From Lytechinus pictus (taxonomy: Eukaryota), in the NCBI RefSeq assembly GCF_037042905.1, contig NC_087262.1, positions 11,346,001 to 11,410,000 on the forward strand: a stretch of 64,000 nt of DNA, in the 5' to 3' direction. The notes under the pieces were generated by a model. That model was not told the origin of the DNA, searched no databases, and was given only the letters and a program-made list of their open reading frames with translations. Positions 41,650-54,200 of this stretch are shown here, piece after piece; the first letter of the stretch is position 1, and every line of letters begins with the position of its first letter. Both the position numbers and the translations under genes were made by a program.

Positions 41650-41860
41650 CCTCTTCTACTTCTTCTTAACCTTCCTTTTCCGTCTTCTTCTTCTTCTTTT
41701 TTCTTTTTCTTCTTCTTCTTCTTCTTCTCCTTCTTTTCTATGTCATCCTTCATTCTTTACCTTTTCCTCCTCACATTCTTCTTCTTTTTCATCTTCCTTC
41801 TCCTCCTACTGCTCCTCCTCCTTCTTTCTCCTTCTTCTTTCTTCTTCTTTTTCTTATTTT
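41650..41860 (+). repeat. Degenerate (TTC)n/(TCC)n pyrimidine tract
   Basis: Directly visible, ~180 nt upstream of the acceptor at 42038. Confidence 0.9.
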
Positions 41861-42343
41861 TTCTACCTTCCCATTTCTCCTTTCATTTTAGTCAATGTTG
41901 TCTTATTTATATCACCTTTATCACGTTTATTCAAAAGCAAATTCAAACTTGGAAAATAAAACGGTGAAATTCACGTAATGCTATTAAAAGCGTATATTTT
42001 TTTATGGCTTTATTTCATTTTTCTGTCTCATTCCACAGTTTCAATGATGCGAACGTCCGATCGTCACAACGTTTTCAGCAGATAACATTATCCACCAACC
42101 CGCATACGAGGTTTACTTGTACTTCACAAACTGAGGCGCATCCCCCATTGCATCCGTCTGAGGGTATCCGTTAGCACCTGCTCATTCATCGTGAACTGCT
42201 CGACACCATACCGACAAGCCATTGGACGAACCACGCCCTTACCACCACCGAGCAACGCTCAGGGGTGCATACTACCAGGCCACACCCACCTGCTATTACC
42301 CCTGTCTCTCTGTAGTAGATCTTCACCGGTCACTCCGTCATAC

Positions 42344-42427
42344 ATGAACCACATGCCTAACCGTCATCACTCTCACTATGTCGCCAACGGAGAGATCGAT
42401 GATGACATAACGAACCCCATACACCTG
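42344..42427 (+). CDS. ChAT: ChAT probable first coding segment [28 protein letters not shown] (exon 42039-42427 including 5'UTR)
   Basis: Strong acceptor ttttctgtctcattccacAG ending 42038; donor CTG|gtgagt at 42428; phase 0 joins in frame to KPLP at 47922; first ATG after the in-frame TAA at 42083. No homology support for this N-terminus. Confidence 0.72.
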
Positions 42428-45241
42428 GTGAGTAGATTCACTAATCATCCACAAATGAAATCAGTTCTGCACCTAAATTCAAAACTTTTTTCAGCCTATT
42501 TTACTTCAAAAATACAAACAGAATGAGCTATAAATTTATTTTTGGCATGAAATCGTTTCGATTAATAGAGGTGTACTATACGAGTTAAAAACTAAACCTT
42601 TCTGACACAGAGTAGCAAAATGCAAATAGAGTATTGTCAATCACTTTGATATGTTTTTCCGTTCACTTTAAACAGTGTTACTGGTCTCTTGATATCCATA
42701 TTGCTCGTTTCCCACTCGCCCTGTCTTTTAGATGTTATCCTTACCTCAATTTTTTAAAATAATTATTTGTCATTCTGTTTTCTCCTCTCTTCAATGTCAA
42801 TTAAATTCTCTTTGAAATATTATGTCATTTTCTTTTATATACCTGGCTTATTGTGTCAAATATTTTCATATTCTATTTAAAAATGACATTCGAATCTATA
42901 TTTTGCATCTGAAATCGATGTCAGAAATATATCCACAGAAAACCTATGATAACTTAATATTCTATTTGTAAATTATGCTGTCGACCTAAATGCTATGAAA
43001 TGCTAAGGCGACAACTCTTCATGTATTTTATCAGCGGCCCATAACGCCATTTCGTTTTAATGTACAGTGTAGTTAATTGTCAAATATGTATACAGCCTCT
43101 CTTTGTAATTAACCATGTTAACTCTTGTTTCTCTTTTTAGTTTGTTCACTAGTTTTATCAAGCGTTGTGATGCATGTTTGTTCATTGTAAGTGAGTTATT
43201 AATATTTTTGTATCATATTCTATTATTTGCTTTTTCAACGGCCTCTCAACCATTCGTATATCCGGATGTAGAGAAATGATAAAAGCCCAACTTTTTGGCA
43301 TAATGGTCATTTCTAGATAAAGCATCAATGGCAAACAAGATTCCATGAAGTTCTATTGAAAATGAAAATTTCACGCAAAATAATATGCTAATTGGCTGTG
43401 TTCAAATACAAATCCATATTATAGCATTAAAAACGAGGATTTATTTTGCTATTGGTCACTTTCGAATAAAGCATTAGTTTTAGATAATATTCCATTAAAT
43501 TTTTGACGAGGAATCAACACTCAATGGTAATCTTTGCAAATCTTTGCAAATCAAAATTACATGTACATTTACATAATATTTACATATATATCATGACAGC
43601 TATAGACAGAAGATGATGGAAGTGTATTAAATATATTAAATAATGATGACATGTGTTTCAACAACGCATATTGGACGAGGAAGTTACTTAGTGTAACCAT
43701 TCTCTGTTACATGAAGATTTGATTTGAATGCTCTTGGAGAAAATTTGAAGGCATTGATCTAAGAGAGATATACAATTCCTTTCTTCCATTTTTGCAATGT
43801 TATATTGTTTATCCCATTGGAATATCGCTTTATACATAAATCACTATAGTAATTTCAATGAATGGGGATATTTCTGCATGAAGATTTGATATTCATCAAA
43901 ATCTTCTCGAGGAAATTTGAAGACTTTGATCTGACAAAGATGTAGAAAAAGTTCATGCTTTTCTTATGCATTATTATATTCTTTATCTCATTGAAATACT
44001 GCTTTATGGATAAATTAGCATATTTCTGCATAAAGATTAGATTTTCATTAGCATGTCCCAGTGGACGAAAATGAAGCTGTTGACCTTCTAACACACGTTG
44101 GGAATGTTTGGCGTTTTTTTAAACTCTGCCCCAAAACTAGCATTAGCACGTTTCATATCGCTTTCGTAATTATCACCCTTCCTCTGACACCCCCCCCCCC
44201 CCTTGCATGTTTTAACTAACCCACATTCTTGAATTCGTATATAACTTTGCTATTACGCTCCTGTACTTTTCATATTTGTTCACTTCCATTCTCTTTTGTA
44301 ATTATCGTATTATTTTCATGGTTGCTTGTATCATGCTTTTGGTTATTATCATTGTCTTGTACTGTTCACGGCCTTGCTGAATTTAAGTCCTGATAAAATA
44401 AATTAAATACAAATACATTACAAACATCTCAAATTTTAATGGGTTGGATGATTCCCAATATAAAACGCAAGCCTATCTCATACATATTTTTCCTTCAGCG
44501 AACTTTACGATGAAAATAAGGCACGCCGTTCGGGCTAATAACGCCGTCTCATTTGCTAGTATAAATATCAATCGTAATCCGATAGTGCATTTTACTTTCA
44601 TTTTATTTTCATCCGACTTGAAATGAAATTCGGCCACCCAATTCCGGCCGGCATCTTATTCCGGTCTCAAGTACTCACTCGAACTGCTGTTAATTGGAGT
44701 CGTCTAGGTGCGCGGTAGAGCCGGAATCGCCCCAGGCCCTGCCTGACATTGCGATGGCAGGCAAGCCCGCGGGGGCGAAAATCCTTGATTTTCATCTCAT
44801 AACCCAAACCAATGACAGCCATCTTGACGTTTCAAGGAAAAATAATCTCACGCCATATCATTTCTTTCCACCTAACACCGTAATGGCATTTACGATAAGC
44901 GAGAAAAAAAATCAATTTTGAATTATTTATCTTAGAAGCTACATGGAGGCGTGTTACACCATGCGGAAGACGAAAATGGAACGGCAATATTGAGTATATT
45001 GGTAACTGATAAACAGATCGCAGCAATTGTTATTTAACTTTCATTCATTTCCATGAATTCCAAAGAATATAATTGTCAAAGTTACTATGATCAGAGAGGT
45101 AGTTTTTCAACAGGCGATGATTCAATAACCTATTTCGTTGAGTCTTTAGAATTAACTTAGTTTGATCATTTAATGATAATAATTATAAAAAACAATCATA
45201 ACAATCATAATAACAGTATCAACAGTAGTAGCAGTAGCACC

Positions 45242-45296
<55 letters not shown>

Positions 45297-48200
45297 ATAG
45301 TAGTAGTAGTAGTAGAAGTAGTAATAGTAGTAGCAATAACAATAATTCTGCTAATGATAATAATGAATTAAATTATTAATAATAACAATAACATTACAAC
45401 AACACATTCATGTCGTTCACTCTATAAACAGTGAGACTTTAGAAAAAAAAAAAAAAGAAACTAGGTTGATATATAAACCCGTATCAATGATTACTAATAT
45501 ATGGATAAGAGATAGATAGATAGATAGATACATGCAAATAGATAGATAGATANNNNNNNNNNNNNNNNNNNNNNNNNNNNNNNNNNNNNNNNNNNNNNNN
45601 NNNNNNNNNNNNNNNNNNNNNNNNNNNNNNNNNNNNNNNNNNNNNNNNNNNNNNNNNNNNNNNNNNNNNNNNNNNNNNNNNNNNNNNNNNGGTAAATATA
45701 TATTTCAAGTGAAAGCCAAAGGGGAGGGGGCTGCTTACAATGAACGAGGCTTGGTAATCAATACCTATATCCGTTACACTTTGTATTTCTGATCGATACG
45801 ATACGCACGACTCTTGTTTACATGAAGCAGGGAGCACGCACGCTACGTGAGCGTTGAGTGAGGCGCCAAAATTAGCGCGCTTAATTAGGCTCGTTCAATG
45901 AAATTCATTAGAAAAATCAAATTGCCTTTCAGAATTCCTGGCGGAAAATTGAATTTCGTTGTCTCTTTCTGAAGCGGAATCGAAGAGAAAATACGTTACA
46001 TTTAGAATAGAGTTCACCATTACTTCCAAACCAGTAAAAAAGGAAATTTCGTTAAAAGGAACATTGTTGATGTAAATTAGAGGATAATGAAATTTATCTC
46101 TGTTTTGAAAGTACATTGAAACTCTAATATTGAATGAGAGACTTCCACTGAGTTATTTCATTACGATTATTTATCTTTGCTACTAGTCATTTCTAGAGAG
46201 AATGCTTGAGGGGTAGAGACCAGCTTCATTGCAAGATATTTTATGAACTATTTTCTCCCCTTTGGTTTATAGTAAGCCTTCACAATTTTCGCCAAAAATT
46301 AAAAAGATAATGTTCGAAAATTGTTTTAAAAGAATTGCGCACTCGTGTCAAAGAGGCAATCGTTATAAAATAATATACATAACACTGTCACGCCTTTCCT
46401 GAGGTTTTATGCACTACAGTCCATTGCATGCCTTCTGGTCCATTCCAGGGTCTTTGGTCTGGGAAAAATTGCCTAATCTTTGGAAAATGGTAGCACTAAC
46501 TTCTAAAAAAAATCAATAAATATAAAATAAGTGTCTCTTCTTATTTTCAGCAATTTTCCCAAGTCTTCGGCCTTTAATTATCTCCGTATGAAACCGCGTA
46601 TTATGAACATGTACGGACTATTCAATGGAGGCACATTGCGTAGGATACAACGCCTAAACTGCCTAATCCAATCATCAAAATTTTCAAAGACAGCATGGGT
46701 ATGATTTCATTCAAGATTATCGATAATTATTGCTCTGAAATCTAAAGTCAACAGTGAAAAAAAACATGTCGAAGCCGGTGTCAAAGGCGGCTCATTAGAC
46801 GGTGTAGGTGAGAGCGCAATGTGGTAATGATAGTATACTACAGGAATTCCATAGAGCAGCACTGTATAATATGTAAGACTTAAGGAATGACAGACCAGGT
46901 AGAGAGGAGCCTTACTATGGGAGCCATCTTAAAATGCCCCCTTCATGAAACAAAACCCTGAGTGGAACCCATCCTTTTTCGGAAGTGATTAGTAGGCCTA
47001 CAGAACATGATTCTGACCCACCTATGTTATAACAATGTTCAATTTACCTATAGAACACGCGAGCTACTTCTTCCACTCTTTAAAAGGATTGTTCAAAATA
47101 ACCACTCTGTCGGTTACGGATGCTCTAAAGTGCCATCGACTTAACGAGATGGCAAGACAAATTATCTTACCGTGCTGACATAATAACGCCATTATGTCAA
47201 CATAGCGAGGAAAGTCGACTTACGGAAAATTGCAAGTCAACAGCGAGACACGCCATCTCGCCAGGTTGGCATATGAAAAGTTGTATGTCAATATGATGAC
47301 ATACGTTATCTCGATGTTGACAGACAACTTTCCATATGTCGACTTGGCGAGATAACGTGTCTAGCCATGTTGACATACAACTTTTCATTTGTCGACTTGG
47401 CGAGATAACGTATCTAGCCATGTTGACATTTTATAGCGAAAAGCATAAAATTCCATCACGATGTCGAGTCTTTTTTTTAAATATATTATAAATATAATAA
47501 CTTCGCGCATGTACTTATCTGTTTAGTAATCTTCAGCATGATCGTTCAGTGTTTAGTTTAGACATTATGTTTTCAAAAAGTTCAGTCCCAAATGTAGATC
47601 TCCGATTATATAGTAATAATTACCGGTAAGATTGGTTTTACTTACTTTCTAATGAAATCAGTGTTTACCGCAACTCCTTCCACTTATCGAGAACTTGGCT
47701 CGATTTCATATCCTTCACAGTTGAAATGAAAACTATACCGCGTCGTGCGGGACACATAAACAAGAACAAAAATAGCAAAAGAAAGAAAAACAACTATATC
47801 ATAATGGTATCGCTTTTACTACATTTTCGTGATATTAAAAGTATAAATGATGCTCAAATCTTAGTCGCTTTAATGCATCTTGAATTACTTGAGCGCCATC
47901 TTATGCCATTTGTTTCCCCAGAAACCACTGCCGACGCTCCCGGTGCCGCCTCTTCGCCAGAGTCTGGATAAATATCTGAAATGTCTGATACCTCTCGTCT
48001 CCAGAGAACAGCATGAAAGAACCACGGCAATCGTCAAGAAGTTCCTCAAGCCAGGGGGAGAAGGGGAGATACTGCAGAAGAAGATACTCGAAATTAGAGA
48101 ATCAAAAACTAACTGGGTAGGTACCTTGATCTGAAAGGGGGATTTCAAGTTCGGTGTTAGTGTTGATTTTGTTGATGGTGTTGGAAGCACAATTTGGATT

Positions 48201-51200
48201 GTGTTTCCTAACTCCAAAACCTATTCTACGTTTACACAAAATAATGCCGATCACAATATTGATAGCTCAACACCTAGTTGGTGGCTTTTCGGGACCATCT
48301 CCATTTTATGTTTGGTGCTATTCCCCTGTAAAAATTGACCTAACACCAACACCAAAAGGTCAACACTGAACTTGTTATCACCCATTGTAATCACCCTTGA
48401 CGGGGCCAGAATCTCATCCTTGGATCGGAGAGGGACAGAAAATTGTTACAATTTCATTTAACAATTTTTGCAAGCCTCCCAAACCCAGTTGTTGAGGACC
48501 CGGAGGCACTCGGATCTCGAAGGGCAGTGGTGTGTGCCCCCAAGATCTGAAACCATACCCTTATGGGGTACTTGGGAACTGGAATTTTACATGATTTGGG
48601 GTCTTGAGAACTGACTCCTCAAATGAGGGTCTTAAGAACGGGGGAGATGAAAAGGGATCAAAGTGATACGCTTTAATAAGAACGACTGGCAAGTTGTGAA
48701 TGGTGGTCTTAAGAGCCGACATGCCCGTACTTCAGGTGAAGGGGGGGGGGGGTAATTGTATGCCAAAAAGTGGCAAGCGTTGTAAAAAAAAAAGTGGAGA
48801 AAATGGTATCACGTTGTCTGGAAAAGGGCCCAGGGGAGGTCCAGAGACACCCGATTTTTATGTGGTCCGTTCCAGAGCATTACATTTTTAGCAATCGTTG
48901 GTCCAAGACCCACCTATTTTCGAGTTGGCGCGGCACATTTGGTATCATGTTATAATTCGAGTACCCCCCCCCCCTCGAAGTCAATCTGCCCCAGTAATGA
49001 TATGGTTCATCAATGAGGGGGGTAGACCTGAAGATCCGCCGTCAAAAGTCACCATGGGAACATTTCAGAACTATCCAGGGAGACATGAGTACCGAATATC
49101 GTAATATTATGGAACAACATGAGCAGGAATCCTGACGGAGAATATTGAGCGCGTGTCAGTTACACACAATAAACGTCAAAAAGTGATGAACTTGTTAAGG
49201 GAGTAGGAGGCGTATATCTTAAAGTCTAGATTAAAAATGGCAAAATCGAAGTGAAGAATCTAGTTAATCCTAATATGATTCCGAAATGCTCCACATGATA
49301 TCTCAATAATCTTTAAATGATTTGCCTAATACCACAATAATAAAGTGGTTTCATGTATAGAATGTACGATATTATAATTCCTTTTTCTTTGATGTTTCTT
49401 CATATAGGTTTAAAATATGGGGCATGAGGTATTTGTCTTTCTGTTTGTTCTTTCTCGGAGAATTAAAAAAAATTATGTTTTGTTTTTATCGGAATGGATA
49501 ATGACTTTCAAATGTTACCATATACAGACCTAAGTAATCTTTATGTTCTAAACATTGGACATGAATCTTTTTCAAAGTATACATTTCTTTTTTTGGTTGT
49601 AGAATTGATAATTACTTTCCCAAATTTCTTATTACAGACGTACGACTATTGGTTAGATGACATGTACCTGAAAGTTCGGTACGCCTTGCCCATCAACAAC
49701 AATCCTGGTATGGTCTTTCCCAAACAACACTTCAGAGATGAGGGTCAAAGGTTACGGTTTGCCGCCAAACTTATATCCGGTATTTTGGACTACAAGGTTG
49801 TTATTGATGCGTAAGTATTACATCATCCATCTGGTCCATGCAGGGTTTGTTCAAGTCAAGCTAAATGAATGTACTTGCCGCGAACAATTACTTTAGGAGT
49901 AACTCTTTAAAATGAAGGTTTATTTTACCATGTCACCGTACAACTAGATCTAGGGGCCGTTTCATAGAGCTCTTCGTAAGTTAAGAGGGACTTTAAGAAC
50001 GACTGGTGAACCTTTTTTGGTGTATACCATATACCATAAGAAAGGATCACCAGTCGTTCCTAAAGTTTCTCCTAACTTACGAACAGCTCATAATCATAAT
50101 CACAATGATCACAACTCAGATAAAAATGCAGATGCAGAGTGCATTTTTGTTGCCAGTACCAGGTTCGATTGTAAAACTAAAAACATACACATTTCTTGAT
50201 TGTTTGTCACGCTCGCTCCTACACCAACCTTCTTGTCATAGAATGTGTAATAGTTACTCTATATCGGTTTTGTAATATCGAAATTGTAAGTTTCACAAGG
50301 GGAAGAAGCAATTTTTCTTCTTTGTTTTTCGCGTTCCCTTGCACATCACTGCAAACTGCAAAAGTTTAATTGCATTATAACACTAAAATGTTAATTTCCA
50401 CTGGCTCCGAAAGTGAATTCCTTATTTTCCCATTACTTTACTCTAACTTGCATATTCTTGATCCTTCTCTTGTGTGATATGCCCAGGCGAGCGTTACCCG
50501 TCGACCGGGCCAGGCACAACAAACCGGGTCAACCGCTTTGCATGGAGCAGTACTACCGATTATTCTCATCCTACCGGGTACCCGGTCTTTTCAAGGATGA
50601 ATTGGTCTCGCCGGGTAGCAGTCTCATGCCCGAACCGGAACACATCATTGTCATATGTAAAAACCAGGTAATTATCACTTGGATATTAATAAGAATCAGT
50701 TTGCAAAATCAGCCTTTAACGTTTTATTTTGAACGCTAAAGAAAAGAAGAAACAAACTAAAAGTCTTTCATATTTTCGTGTTGATGTACAAGCAGATTTC
50801 TAAAATACACGTAAATTGGATATCAGAATTCAGATGTGTTTTCGGTCGTTGTTATTGTTGTTGTTGTTAATTCAATTATAACAAAATATTTTTTTCCATA
50901 AAGAAAGATTATCAGGTAATATTTATAATGTACACGCGCTCAACTCTATCGTCCTAATTGGACATTTTTGTGATGATTTTTGATTGGGAATTTATGTATA
51001 TCCCGTCCAGTGTGTTTTGTCTAAATGCCCTTACACATATCGTAATATTGGTATCATAAAAGACGGTCTATATATCTTTTCCTACAGTTTTTTATCTTAG
51101 ACGTCATAATCAACTTCAAACGACTGAGCGACCAAGACCTCATTAGTCAACTCAAAAGAATACTAGATGCTGCCAAAGAACACCCCGACTCCGTCCCGCT

Positions 51201-54200
51201 GGGTCTCTTAACTACCGCCGATAGACCCACATGGGCTGGTTCTAGGGCGAGATTAATAGAAGGTATGTTTGGAGCAAGAACTATCGTGTTGGGTTGATGT
51301 ACATAGAGGAACACACCATCTATCTTACTCTGGTGTTAACATTTTGGTGTTAGTTCAACATCTATGGGTGTTTTTTACGACACCCTTGGTTGCTACTTTT
51401 ACATCTTCTTTGGTGTTTTGTTCAATCTCTAGGGTAAACACTTCCGGACTTGGTCCTCAAGGGTGTAACCATTTAGGTGTATTTCAACATATATTGGTGT
51501 TATCACGACACCCTTGATTGTTACTTTTACATTTTTGTCTATGTTTTGTCCAATCTCTAGGGTGAACACTGCAGGGCGTGGTCCTCTAGGGACAGCAATT
51601 GGTGTCACTCTGAACACCTGGAGTTTTACTTTCGCTCATAAGTTTCTCGATACATTGCAGAAGAAATTGGTCAATCAATCAAAATTTATTTATTTTGTTT
51701 TATGCATTGCAAATCTTTATCCAAAGTAGCATGTTCATTTCTATAAAAAAAAATATGTCAAATTATAAATTATAAATATGTCATAATTATGCTGTTTGTT
51801 TTACATGTCACGTCGGCAATTTATTTTATTAATTGGGGTATTTACAATATATAGCGCACGTGTCCAACTTCATAGGTGCTCAATTAGGCGGTTCATCAAA
51901 AGTTTAATCATTGTGACTGTGTCGTCATGTCACCATGGTAACAGGGGTCATCACCCAATCAAAATGAAAAAAATGCATGGTACCTGTCCTTACAATTATG
52001 GCAAAGTTACAGTTGTAAAACTTCATGAAAAGGGCCCTGGGTTGGGCACCCTGGATAAATCAGCCATTATTATTTCCCTCCAATTTTCATTTTAAACCTT
52101 TTTTTCCGAACGTTTTTTCTTCCTCAACTTCAGATTCAACGAATCGTGATTCACTAGACATGATAGAGCGGTGTATATTCGTCCTCTGCCTTGACGACCA
52201 GATGGACTACCCTCCGCCCGAGGTCGGGAAGCCCATCGACTCGGACGACGAGCCTCTGGGTCACCATATGCTGCACGGCGGAGGGGTCGATAAGAACACC
52301 GGGAACAGGTGGTTTGACAAGACAATGCAGGTAAGTGCGGGATTTCATTTTCATGACTTTGGTATTATTGTTATAAAAGAGAGCTTCCGCTTCACTATTA
52401 ACAGCCGATCTGGATTTGTTTTAAATCCTTGGAATATATAGTGTATGAAATTTAAGAAAGCACAATGTAGGTAATTAATTCATCACTATTCTTGAAGTGA
52501 AAAACACGTACATAAACCAACCATTTCTGAAATACTGTGCCTTCCAGAGTAAATTTAATTTTCAAGATTTATTCGATATCCTCATGTACTTTTTACATTC
52601 AAAGTCAGTACAATATTGACCTGAGATAATCGACAAGTTCTATGTTCTTGTATAGTTCATCATCGGTACCGACGGCCAATCAGGACTGAACTACGAGCAT
52701 TCCCCGTCAGAAGGAGTAGCTGTTGTTCAGCTTGTCGAGCATCTACTGAAATACATGTACGTATGTTGGCAGGAAACTGTTGCAATAAATTGATAAAATA
52801 ATCTCTCGGGGGGGAGCAGCATACATGTAGGTATTAACTTTCAGTTCAGTTCATTTTTTTTTAATCAGCATAAAAATGATATACATACAATATGTACAGG
52901 AATGACAAATGTTATCAGAGAAAATTGGAAACTTGTGAGTAGTAGAAAAGTCTAATAGGTTGGTATTTTCGTGATATCGATTAGTCAATTCAAAAAGTCA
53001 CCACCTTTCCAAATAAAGACTGTCTATTTGTGCAGAGAGCGTAATTTTTATGAAAATTTTCAGTAAAGAAATGTAAGTTTTCAAAAGTCCGGGGGGAGCC
53101 ATTGCCCCCGGAATGTACAGCCATGAGAACACCATCCGAAACATACTTGAATGTTCCATCTCTCCTGTCTAAATTGTCGACGCGTCGACAATTTCAACAT
53201 ATTTACTATCTTTGCAGATATATCATTTAGTGTACATCCAGTGATAATGAACTGGTGTTAAGTTTGCCTGTAAACGTGCTTGGGTCATAAGTGGTTAATC
53301 GCTCAACTTTCTGCCGGGGGGGGGGGGGCTGCCACACTTGACGTTGGTTATGATAAGTCATTTCTTAATCCATTTATAATCTCGTGATGAAAATAATTGC
53401 TTTTTGTTAACAACAAATATAGTCCTTCATGTTTTGCGTTGTTAACAAAATACAGATCTTGTTATCAGGAACGGCGTTTCCGATATCAGTAAATGGAATC
53501 AAGGGAGAAACAGCTGGCCAAACGTTTTGTACGTTCGCATATTCTGGCTGAAACGTCCAGTAAGTGGGCATTGTGGCATCTGTAATCCAAGATATTTTGA
53601 AAGTTAAAGCTTTGAGGTTCAAGCCTTCGTCGCGTCTTTCGAATTGTTACGTTGGTCCCAGACGTAGGTAGCAATCTGTCTGTTGAAATCAGTTACATAT
53701 ACACACCTCTTAAAATATAATGTACTTATCTTAAACAATCGTCTTATCTTTTTTTTCGCAGTGACTCCGAAACACACAAACGAAAATTGACGAGGGCACA
53801 GTCAATATGCGAGCTTCCGAATCCACGAAAACTCAACTGGAAAATATCACCGATTCTTATGCAAGACATCGAAATAGCCAAGGTCCAGATAACACAGTAA
53901 GTCTGGATTGACAATCATTGTGGGTCTTCGAAATCACACATTTACTATACAGAACTCATCTTCAAAGCATTGAGTGTTGAAAGTTATTTCGTTTTCTAAA
54001 TCATTTGTTTTATAAATTCATCAATATGTAGATGATAATTGGTATTTTCGCATGTGTATTTAACAGGATTGAACAAAACACTGTAAGTTGTCAATATTAT
54101 CATAATTGTTTCATTGCTAGTTTCATCTCTTTTTGTAATTGTCGTATTAGAATTTAACGGCGATTGATAGAAAATACCCCCCCAAAAAAAAAAAAAAAAT

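Noticed and set aside
46551-46807. Longer exon using the donor at 46808
   Set aside because: In phase 0 it ends on a TAG codon and I found no ATG-led frame joining KPLP; only the 46698 donor gives a compatible frame.
52757-52766. Alternative donor gtatgt at 52761
   Set aside because: It would leave phase 0, incompatible with the phase-2 acceptor at 53762.
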